A DNA stretch of 61,555 bases, counting the filler, from Stramenopiles sp. TOSAG23-6 (lineage: Eukaryota): the NCBI GenBank assembly GCA_900128565.1. It is 2 parts of 2 records of this genome, joined end to end, with 100 filler letters (N's around TTAATTAATTAA, not from the genome) between each part and the next. Parts side by side here need not be neighbours in the genome. Positions count along the whole stretch, not along the records: positions 1 to 30,741 come from LT635964.1; positions 30,842 to 61,555 come from LT635965.1. The stretch is one strand, 5' to 3'. Position 1 is the stretch's first letter. Each line of letters opens with the position of its first letter. Below are positions 25,268 through 35,222 of this stretch, in pieces. The notes beneath the pieces were generated by a model that was not told the DNA's origin, did no database searches, and saw only the letters and a program-made list of their open reading frames with translations. The position numbers were made by a program, and so were the translations under genes.

Positions 25268-26541
25268 ATGTCAAAGGAACCACACCCGGGCGACTGGGAA
25301 TGTCCCGGGTGTTTACTGGTAGTGTTTGCACATCGTAGTGAATGCATACGTTGTGGTTTTGCCAAGCCAGGTGAGTATACTGTACCAAAGAAGTTACGAG
25401 CAAAGGTATCGAGACCATTGGCCAAGGAGGAAACAATCTCAACGAAATGTAATAATAGTTTAGAAAAAGGAACACAATCCAAGACAATTCACAAACAATC
25501 ACAACGAAGCCGTCACAATAAAAAACGGCGTCTTCGTCAAAGTGCTAGGAAGCCTCGCTTTGCAGCGTTTGCTCGTTGGATAAAGGAAAAGTTTGGTAAT
25601 GTGATGCTCCCAGGTTGTTCTGTCCTTGATGTGGCTGGTGGTTCAGGAGGCCTGTGTTGGGAATTGGTTGCCCCGTTATCAACAATAGATTCAATTAGAT
25701 GTACTGTGATAGATCCAAATCCCGTCCGATTTAGTAGAAGAAAGACTGAAAATCTCATTCGCGCTGCCTTAGTTAGAGTTAATGATTGCAATTTCAGTGT
25801 GACCAAAGTTGAAAATGTCACCAAAATAGACTCTCAGATAAAGGTGGCACTCGACATCAAGTGCTTAGACAAGACAGTCATTGATAAGGCTTCAGATGTT
25901 GTAAGCGATACAGCTGTAAATATTCTTCAAAAACGTGGCGCCCAGCAGCTAAAAACTCTTTTTAATGCAGACTTTTGTTCTGGTCAAAATCCGAATGGGT
26001 CTGAAATCTCGAAAGATTTGTGGCAAAAATGTGTGTTGGTAGTTGGCTTACACCCAGACCAAGCAACGGATTCAATCGTAGACCTCGCACTGAAGCATCA
26101 AAAGCCTTTCGCTGTCGTTCCATGTAGGTTTTTTTATCATTACGTTTCACCTCTCTATTTTTTTTTATACCAAAATTTGTACCTAACAAATTTTTTACAA
26201 AAAAAAAAAAAAATATTTTCCACAAAATATGCTGTGTATTTCCAACACTCTTTAAAAAACGTCGTCTTCCTGGTGAACTAAAAGTACGTACGCGTGAAGA
26301 ATTATGTGAATTTTTGAGGTTAAAATCTCCGACTTATATACATATATGTTTTATTTTTGTTTCAGTTTCGAATTTATTTTTTTCATAAAATTTTGTACCT
26401 AACGATTTTTTTTTGAAATATTTTTCCAAAATACATGTAGATACAATACCTGATTTACCTGGTCCTTGTAATACGGTAGTTTGGTGTTGTGACTATTCTG
26501 TACCAACTTTATCAACTGAAGACAATATTGTAAAAGTATAA
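25268..26541 (+). CDS. RanBP2-type zinc finger + SAM-dependent methyltransferase-like protein (3 exons)
   Basis: GDWECPGC..FAHRSECIRC; VLDVAGGSG; VVGLHPDQATD; splicing restores PFAVVPCCVFP; stop at 26539-26541. Confidence 0.8.
26124..26230 (+). mobile_element. Diverged introner-type intron, GT-AT
   Basis: AT|GTAGGT...TACCTAAC...CACAAAAT-AT; restores VVPCCVFP. Confidence 0.85.
26344..26436 (+). mobile_element. Introner-type intron, AT-AT
   Basis: AT|ATATGT...CCAAAATAC-AT; contains an in-frame TAA; the nearby AG (26439-40) changes frame. Confidence 0.75.
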
Positions 26542-26770
26542 AATATAAATATAATACATAATAATATTTTTTGTTAAAATTGATACCTACATTTTGTTTC
26601 ATCATAAAAATATCGAGTAAAAAATGGCACAAACCTGATCTTGTCCCCCAAGGGAGCGCGCATTTTGAGTCAGTTCGAATGCTTGGTAATTACTGGGCCA
26701 CACGTCGCAATTACTTGCCTGCTTGTACGGAGTATAGCTAGTCCTAAAACTCAAACAAAACAAAAAGGAA

Positions 26771-28736
26771 ATGAAGATTCTATCACTACTAACACTATTT
26801 GTTTCAGCATCTTTTGTATACGGAGGCGATCCTGTGCCTGTTCACGATGAAGGCTTTAAGCGTTTTCAAGGAAAAATTAAAGGAGCGCCCTTTGAGCTTA
26901 TGCTTCTGACACAGCATGTTCCCACCACATCAGGCGTCGATGCAGCTCTAGTCAAGAGTGAGAACGGACGTGTGATGATGTTTATTCCATATTTGGAGAA
27001 TCTGCATTATAAACTTACAGGGCTTGACCTTATCGTCACGTCATCAAATATTGTAAGTGTTTATGCCGCAAAGGGACCCATGGGAAGGTTGGAAGAGTTC
27101 GAGATAACTTTTTCTTCGACTGAAATAGCCAAAAGCTTTGTAACTGCTGTAGAAGCTGTATTTAATCCGACCACTGCAATTACCAAAAGTGAATCAAGTG
27201 CATTTCATATTCCAACAAGCCGTCAAGAATCTAAAGCTCCCGGTTATGCTTCAATCAATGAATCGGCACAGACTAACAACCAGCAGATTAAACCACATCT
27301 TCAAGATCTTCAAGTGCTCACAGCTAAAGACATAGACACTGGTTTTGAGCGACCTAAATTGACGAAAGAATCTTCAGCTGAGCTCCCCGGTAAGATTCAT
27401 CTAATAAAAGACAAATCACTTCAAGATTTGTATGAGTCAGATTCAACTTCAAGAGGAACTGCGTGGCAAACACGTGCAGGTGTGGCGGACTTCAGGACCA
27501 AGGAAGAAACCAAATCTTTTCTTGAGTTAGTAAAAGAAGGCAAACAACGTTATGATGACGTTGCGGACGATAAACACTCAGACCAGTACTATGAAGCTAA
27601 CTATACCCACGATGAATATCACTGTTATGAACAGATTGTAAAAGATGTTCCAGATCGAGTGGCTGCAACTGATCAAGAAAAAGAAGCACTGACAAGAATA
27701 TTATGTGCTTATTCCGTGTTTGATCAACGACTCCGGTTTTGTCAGGGAATGGATAATATTGCACTTACGCTTCTCAGACTCCCAATATCAGGAAACACAG
27801 ATGAGGGGAAACAAGATGGAGGGAAAACAAGCAAAATTTCTGAAGAGGATGCATTTTGGTTATTAGCAACAATATATCATGATAAAAAGTACAAATTATC
27901 AAATTATGCACGTATTGACGATGGTGGAACAGTAGCAGAAACTGTCGCAGAGGCTGTGGAAAATTTGATGGAGTTACAGGAAGGTAATGATGCATTACAG
28001 AAGATGCTTGAGTTTCCCAAAGCCATGAACAATTTGACTTTTTTTGTGTACAGTTTGACACATAAAATTTTCCAAATGTTTGAAGGGTTTGCAGTTAAGC
28101 TTGACATCTATGACATGTTTATTGAAAGTGGGTGGCCAGGTTTAGTAAGAGCCATCGTTGCTCTTGTTAATTTTGCAAGGTAAGTGAAAATATATCATAT
28201 TTTATTTTATGGAAATCTCGAAATCACAAATTTATATATACTAACTAATCAAAATTTCTATTTTTACCACATAATTCAACAGTACTTTGCTTTTGGAAAA
28301 ATTTGGAGCAGCAAACAACTGGAAAATTGGTGAAATGGAAAATGATGCACAAGAAATATTTGAAGCGTTGCCCAAAACGTGTACACAGAAAAGATTTCGA
28401 GAGAGCCTTAAAGCGATTAAGCCATTTGAAGAATTTGATACAATTTATTTAAGAAAGTTGCATGATATTTTTTATGAATCGAAGTCACCACGAAAAATGT
28501 CAACAACTCAGAGACGTAGAAAATATCAAAAAGCTCGAATGTCTCAAATGCGGGGGCATTCACTGCCTGCAATGCCAAGAGAGCCAATGGAAGGCATGAA
28601 CGTATCAGTACCGCGGCGATCCAAAAGCGCCAACGGCAGAGGAAGATCGATATCGCCAAAACCTATGTCAAGAGAGGCAGACACCGGGTCACTTTCATCA
28701 TTTTTGTCTTTCTTCAAAAAATCTTCCGGAGAATAG
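26771..28736 (+). CDS. TBC (RabGAP) domain protein with N-terminal signal-peptide-like sequence (2 exons)
   Basis: QIVKDVPDR, LTRILCAYS, FCQGMDNIA, EEDAFWLL motifs; canonical intron joins the two ORFs in frame. Confidence 0.8.
28180..28282 (+). other. Canonical GT-AG spliceosomal intron
   Basis: AG|GTAAGT...TACTAAC...CAACAG|; in-frame join FASTLLL. Confidence 0.9.
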
Positions 28737-28876
28737 GGGGTTCTAATGATAACAATTATAGCCAGCCTTCATTCGCACTAGAAGCATATTCTAGCAAAAA
28801 CTTGCACATATTTTGTATATAATTATAAAAGATCATCAATTTGACTAATATATGACAGTATATTTCAATACTTTTA

Positions 28877-30686
28877 TTACAATTTTCTTATTTCTTTTAC
28901 AACAAGACGAATAAGGCATGCAGAAGCCATTAAACAGCAAAACATCAAAAAGTAAAATACATAATTCCATCCGAAATACGTTGAAATTGCACCAATAGCA
29001 ACGCCTTGGATTGCAGCACCTATTGAACCTGTACCATCTACTATACCAGTTACGGTAGCCATTAATTTACCTTTTGAATAGTTTGAATGTTCATAATCTA
29101 TGTTTGCAGATTCTGAATTGCTCAGAGAGGGATGACAACCGAGATCAGCTGAAACTGCTGTAGTAATGTATTTTGGAAAAATATTTCAATTGGTTTTTCT
29201 TTAGGTACAAAATTTCGTACGAAAAATAAATGTGAAATTGAAAAAAAAAAATAAAACATACATGAGTGCGTAAGGACCATTAATTAATACTCCAACAAAT
29301 AGCATGAGGAATACATTTGGTAGCAACTTATCGCCAATCTCAATAGATATATATCTGTATGTAAGTAATCCAGGGATTGAAAGTATCAGAAATCCAAAAG
29401 AGACACAAGCAGGTTTACGTGTCATATCTCGTAAAAGTCCAGCAAGGATACTCCCAAATATGCCACCAATATCAACAAAAGTACACAGATATCCCGCATG
29501 TACAACGGAAAAACCATTATGCACTAAATAATATGGTGTCCAAAAAATAAAAGTATACGCAACTAATTTAACAAATAACAGACATACAGAAAATTCAATT
29601 ACTCCAGGGATGTGTTTTGGAAAAATATTTCAAAAAAAAAATTTTCAATTTGTTAGGTACAAAATTCCGTACGAAAAAAAAAACGAATTTGAAAAAAAAT
29701 AAAACATACATACACAATGCTTTGTAAAAATTAGACAATGACTGTTTACGCTTTGGGTTTTGTTTCATATTGTCTGCGGATAACACTTGACTTTCATTAT
29801 TTCTGAAAGATGACAAATTTGGATGTACATTATTTGACACATTTTCTGGATTTGTCTGTAAACGAACTTGCCATACCCCGCTTTCTCGAGTGCTTACACT
29901 ATGTAGTTGTCCAGTACTTGACATCAAATCAGAGTCGTTTAATTCTTCTTCATTGAGTCGTTGAGAATACATGTATTTTGGAAAAATATTTCAAAAAAAA
30001 ATCGTTAGGTACAAAATTTATGNAAAAAAANAANTTCGAAACTGAAAAAAAAATAAAACATACATATTCCTAATGCCAGTTTCAGTTGATGATATTATTT
30101 GATCTCCGATATTTTCTTGAGAAATGACATCAAGATCACCTGTTGGAAATCCAAGTTTCGAAGGATATGGAATGATAAAAATAAAGACAGTTATTGTAGA
30201 TATAAACATTACAACACCCGCAATAACAAAAGCCATTGGCCATGTATTTTGGAAAAATATTTTTAAAAAAAGTAGTTAGGTACAAAATTTCGTACGAAAA
30301 AAACCTTCGAATTTGAAAAAAAATAAAACATACATGAAACATTGTTTTTTCCTAATTCACCAGTCCATAGAGGGAAGCTTAAAGCTGCAGTACCCAATAT
30401 ACTCCCAATGATATTACCAGTACTAGTGTGAGCATTCCAAATACCCATGACTAGACCTCTTTCATGTTTTCCATACCAATTACCAACGATTGATACAACA
30501 GCAGGCCAACCTGAAGACTGAAAAATACATGTCCGAGAAAAAATATGTCAATCACAAAAAATATTATTAGAAACGGATACAGAATGTTTTGAAAATAAGA
30601 AAAACAAATGGATTTCAGTCTGAAGAAAGTACCTTGTACTGCATAGATAGAAATAAAGTAAATCAGAGAGTGTTCTTTGAACCAGT
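28877..30686 (-). CDS. SLC37-type (glycerol-3-phosphate/sugar-phosphate exchanger) MFS transporter, 5' part lost in gap
   Basis: After splicing: QGIFQSSGWPAVV, GIWNAHTSTGNIIG, IPGVIEFS, NGPYALITTAVSADLG, ATVTGIVDGTGSIGAA. Confidence 0.92.
29166..29261 (-). mobile_element. Introner-type intron, GT-AT
   Basis: Restores NGPYALITTAVSADLG. Confidence 0.92.
29610..29709 (-). mobile_element. Introner-type intron, GT-AT
   Basis: Ends CCAAAACAC-AT; restores ALCIPGVIEFS. Confidence 0.9.
29971..30063 (-). mobile_element. Introner-type intron, GT-AT
   Basis: Consensus termini; contains n bases; frame restored (RNMYSQ). Confidence 0.8.
30242..30333 (-). mobile_element. Introner-type intron, GT-AT
   Basis: Restores NVSWPMAFV. 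Confidence 0.88.
30529..30632 (-). other. Highly diverged GT-AT intron
   Basis: AG|GTACTT...TTCTAAT...GACATATTTTTTCTCGGACAT|; restores VQGIFQSSGWP. Confidence 0.78.
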
Positions 30687-30741
30687 ATGTATTTTGGAAA
30701 AATATTTCAAAAAAAAATCTTAAAAAATTTGTTAGGTACAA
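30687..30741 (-). mobile_element. Introner-type intron, 3' half only (runs into gap)
   Basis: CCTAAC...CCAAAATAC-AT followed by SLC37 exon. Confidence 0.8.
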
Positions 30742-30841
30742 NNNNNNNNNNNNNNNNNNNNNNNNNNNNNNNNNNNNNNNNNNNNTTAATTAATTAANNN
30801 NNNNNNNNNNNNNNNNNNNNNNNNNNNNNNNNNNNNNNNNN
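30742..30841. other. Assembly gap (100 nt) containing a TTAATTAATTAA six-frame stop linker
   Basis: N-run with ttaattaattaa at 30786-30797. Confidence 0.95.
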
Positions 30842-30901
30842 TTGTTAGGTACAAAATTTCGTACGAAAAAAAATAAATTCGAAATTGAAAAAAAAACATA
30901 C
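30842..30901 (-). mobile_element. Introner-type intron, 5' half only (TERT intron 2)
   Basis: AT|GTATGT donor and core up to the branch site, then gap. Confidence 0.8.
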
Positions 30902-31794
30902 ATTGGAAATGTCCCGTTTTTATTTTTTTTAGTAGAATTAGGTTTTTCGTGTTTCTCATATAATTCCTTATAATTAGGAATGTTTGATTTTATTATTGAG
31001 TTTGCAGGAATACCAGTTAACTGTATAAATGCACCATTAGACATTCTCAATAATAATATCTTGTGTAATAATAAATAATGTACTATAAAAAATACGTCAA
31101 ATGAAAAAATTCGTTAGAAAAAAAATGAAATTGAACAAAATGAAATTGAACAAAATGAAATTGAACAAAATGAAATTGAACAAAATGAAATTGAACAAAA
31201 TGAAATTGAACAAAATGAAATTGAACAAAATATTTGAAATGAATAATGAAAAAATACGTGCATCATTTCGTCGCCAATCCGAGAAAGGAGAAAACACCAT
31301 GCCTTTTGTGTTACAATATTCACTATTGTGTTAGGAAAATGACACATTAGTCCGGGAAGACCTATTATACCATTGTTTTCACCGGGTCGCTGTTTTTGAT
31401 AACCCCGAGTGAGAAGATGCATTTCATGTTGCTTCTGTGACATTTTTGACGATTTGAAAGCACACGCAATGACGCGATTAACTACTTCATTTTGAGTTTG
31501 TTCTGGCGGACGAAACTTTGGCAAAAAACGGCATTCGCGAGCAGTTCCATTCGTTTTAGTCTCGGCAACATAACAGTCACGCAGTAAATCTAGGTATTCT
31601 TTTGGATCATTTGGACGTCGAAGCCGTGACGTTGCCGTTGGATTGCACTTCACATTTGTCGAAGATTTTGTCGAAGACATTGAAACAGAACGCTTACCAG
31701 AACTAATATTCTGTTGTTGTGCTTCATATTCTTCAAGATATTTTCCAAGAGATTGAAAACTACCAAATATATGCCGTGCAACAGAGTTCTGCAT
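30902..31794 (-). CDS. TERT: Telomerase reverse transcriptase, N-terminal TEN domain (remainder lost in gap)
   Basis: Spliced product EVVNRVI..HLLTRGY..HFPNT..AWCFLLSRIGDEMMHYLL..NGAFIQLTGIP follows the TERT TEN/GQ pattern (ELVARVL..NVLAFGF..YLPNT..WGLLLRRVGDD..YQVCGPP). Confidence 0.85.
31078..31257 (-). other. GT-AT intron in TERT carrying a minisatellite
   Basis: AC|GTATTT...TTCTAAC...GACGTATTTTTTATAGTACAT|; the AG 5 nt upstream of the end gives a frameshift and stop. Confidence 0.8.
31126..31230. repeat. 15-bp tandem repeat x7 (tgaaattgaacaaaa)
   Basis: Seven exact units inside the TERT intron. Confidence 0.95.
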
Positions 31795-32080
31795 TGCACA
31801 ATATGAGGAGTTTCTTTCTTTTAGACTGTGTTTGTGACATGTCATATTACCAAAATCAAATCTGAATTTGTCAGGAAAACACGAAATCCAAAATTTAGAG
31901 GAGCTTTGATCGAAAAAATAAATCGTATCTGCGTACACACACACAGTTTTAGGATATTGAAAAATCCCACAACAAATTATTAAATTATTGACATTTTGAA
32001 GTCACTTGTGTTATTGGCATTGTTAGTGTGTTTATATTACAAAGACCTATTTATTAAAGCTATCATTACATTGGTGTGAA

Positions 32081-35000
32081 ATGCTTCCTGATTTGCTGGC
32101 AGGCGCACCACATGATAGTAACTGTATCGTCGCTTCCGAATGCGGTTTGCGCGCTATAATTCGATACGTTGTTTATCTAGACGGGAAACCTGTTGATTGT
32201 GATACGGCACGCGGTGGAGTTGTGTCAGTTTTAGGATTTCTCGATGGTAGTGTATTATATTCCGTGTATGCGCAGGATATACATGTATCACCTCAGCTTT
32301 CCTTATTATTTGACTCTCTTGACAGTGTTGAGAAAGATCTCCACTCAAGTTTAATTCCGTGTTTTCCATTAGTTGGTGAGTCTCTGCGGTCACCTCCATC
32401 GTTTCTATCTACATGTTGGTCACCACCATTACCAAGTGCGAGAGGTGGTGCTTTATGTAGTTTGTTAACGACAGTTACGTCTCTAGGCACTGCTTCAATT
32501 CACAAACCAATATCTGTTTGTGGTGGAATTCGTGGTCTCATTTCCTCCGTTGAAGAACTTGTGAATATTTCGGATATGCTAGGTACATACCTGTCTACAT
32601 CTGTATGGTCGGAAAGAAGTGACAATGTTGTTCATTCGTCAAATAGTGATAATAGTAATAGTAATATCGAGTCAAAGCAAAGTCATGATTCCAACCCTAG
32701 TATTCTATCCTACAAGGAGAAGAGAAAAAGAATTGATTCACTTTCCGTACAATGTGCTTCATGGACTTCAAAATTATATCCTGACTCGGATAAAAAATCT
32801 GTATATACTGGCCAAGTCATTTTAAGTATAGGAAGTAAAGATGGCTGTGTAACTTTGTTTAATTGGTCTGCTTCAGATTTTATGTGTAACCTTAACTCAA
32901 ACACTAATGAGACTATAAAAACAAAATTATTGTCCAATGCTAGAGTAAAACAATTTTCTGCATATACGTGTGGTTGGGTATCAAATATTAGTTTTGGGGG
33001 TATTATTGAAGAATCTTCAACAACAAATACAGTCAAAACTGTGCTTGCCACAGCTTCCTGTCAGGGTAGTATAAAAATTTGGAATATTCTTTTAAAGAAA
33101 AACTCGAGTACTTTTTCTATGTCATGTACACAAAGAGCTGTTGTCACTGTAAATGACTGGCAGACAATAGACTCTTTATCATGGTACAATCCTGTGAATA
33201 ACTGCCCTTCCATTGGTTCATTGCTTTCAATAGTCCAATCAAAGAAACCAAAAATTTGGTCTTTACATGCAGATGCATTTATTTCTCATGATGACTTCCA
33301 GAATGTGGGAAATATAGCTTCAACTGTGTGGTTACAACCTAGATCATTAACTCGCATAACTTCTAAAGCTCTTAGTAGTGAAAACTTTAATTCATCTATG
33401 AGTACAACACTTGGAATATCTCAGTCAAATACGGATGGAATGATGCCTTCATCGTATTTGTTGAACGCAAATTCTAATGACCAGACTTCTAGCGAAAAAC
33501 CAAAGACAAGTGATGATGTTTTCATCAATACTCCCGATCTCATTGAAGACATTTCTAAAGAAGCACGTATATTACTTGAACAAAATAAGAAAAATGATAA
33601 TAATAATAGATTGAACACTTCAAGTAACACTCAACAAACTCGAAATTCATTAGATACACAATTAGGAATGGATCCAAATAAAGCTTTTTTATGTATTGTA
33701 CGAAATATTCAATCAAAGTTTCAAAACAATGTCATGGGAAAATTTAATGGTAACAGTGTTGTTGAGTGGTGGGAGTGTACACATAATAATAATACATATT
33801 CTTTACAACGTAAATCATCTCACCCGTTACTGTCAGAGGATGGACCTGTAGCCGGCTTGTGCCTTTCAACATCTGGAATAAATCAAACTATTGTACATAG
33901 CGCTTCTATTTCTACTTTCGAGCGTCATAAAGTAATGCTATATAGTAGACCTCATATACATATCCGCTTGATGCCTTCCGTAATTTCCAATTCATTTCAA
34001 AACTCTGAATTGGTGATCAATGCATTTGAACACTACGTAAACGGTACAACTCAGCAGCAACAAGAATCAAAGTCTAATTTGCCAAGTTCCATGCCTCTTA
34101 TTCTATGGGATTCTATAGAAATGTTAAACAGAAATTTAAATGTATTATTACAAAAGGAATCTTTGATATCTTCGCGAAAGTTTTGGTGTCTTGAGGAATA
34201 TGAAAATTTCAAAAAAACTATGCTTAATTTGTTACATGAAAGTCCTACATCTACAAGTAGAAATGTATCAACATCTACGAAACGTTTAGGTCATATTCTT
34301 CGATGGATTAAATTATGGAAGTTTATATTAATATGGATGGATCGATCACGAATTCCATTTGATGAATGGCCTCCTCCTCTTCGAAGTATGCTTGGTGCGA
34401 ATAAGCATCGTGAAATTTTGATACAAAGATTGGATAACATTATCAAATGTACTTGGCTCATTCAGGTAATGAATACTATTTTGTCTAATACAAAAAGAGG
34501 CAATTTGTTAAACGATAATGAGAATTCTCTTGCTGAATCGATTGCACATTCAGCATTACACGAAATCAGTCAAGTTTCAAATTTATATTCGAATGTGGAT
34601 AGTAAGAAGGAGAATTCACAATATGTAAAAAAATCGTCAAATTCTCTTGTATCTGTCATGAAAGATTTTGCAGATTTGATTTTGAAACGTTTTTCTTCTT
34701 CAGGGAATAACCACAAAACAATTGATATGGATGTATGTTTTATTTTTTTTCAATTTCGAATTTAGTTTTCGTACGAAATTTTGTGCCTAACGATTTTATT
34801 TTTGAAATATTTTTCCAAAATACATTGGTATATCAATGAAAATGAAGGTTCATGTTGTAATCGTAGTTTATTCACTTTACTGCCGCTAGATGAAAAGGTA
34901 AGAAATAATGGTATGAATCATAATATTTGGTTTCGTTGTCCAAGTTGCTCAAGAGAAGCCAAATGTAACGTAAACACTCAGGAAAAAAACAACAGTAATT

Positions 35001-35092
35001 TTATTCTTACTATTATCAAAAATAATTGTATGAATAATGATGTTTTATTATGTCCCTTTTGTGATGTTGAATTGCAATCAGTCACAAATTGA
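32081..35092 (+). CDS. TFIIIC subunit delta / GTF3C4-like (beta-propeller + C-terminal Cys zinc finger), 2 exons
   Basis: CWSPP..LLTTVTS, WD-like GSKDGCVTLFNW and TASCQGSIKIWN; C-terminal RSLFTLLPL..CPSC..CPFCD. Confidence 0.65.
34733..34825 (+). mobile_element. Introner-type intron, GT-AT
   Basis: Consensus termini; internal in-frame TAG; joins DMD to WYINE. Confidence 0.88.
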
Positions 35093-35222
35093 TGTATTAA
35101 TTGACTATTTTATAGATAAAAGATAACTTGTAAAAATGTTTGTTATGTCACATTTTCAATATAAAAAAAACATTTTTTTATGATTTAAACTTCTTCTTCT
35201 TTGAACATTTTCAGTTGGTATG

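Noticed and set aside
30786-30797. TTAATTAATTAA palindrome
   Set aside because: Artificial six-frame stop linker inside an N gap.
28877-31794. TERT-SLC37 fusion gene
   Set aside because: The two parts are separated by an assembly gap flanked by repeats.
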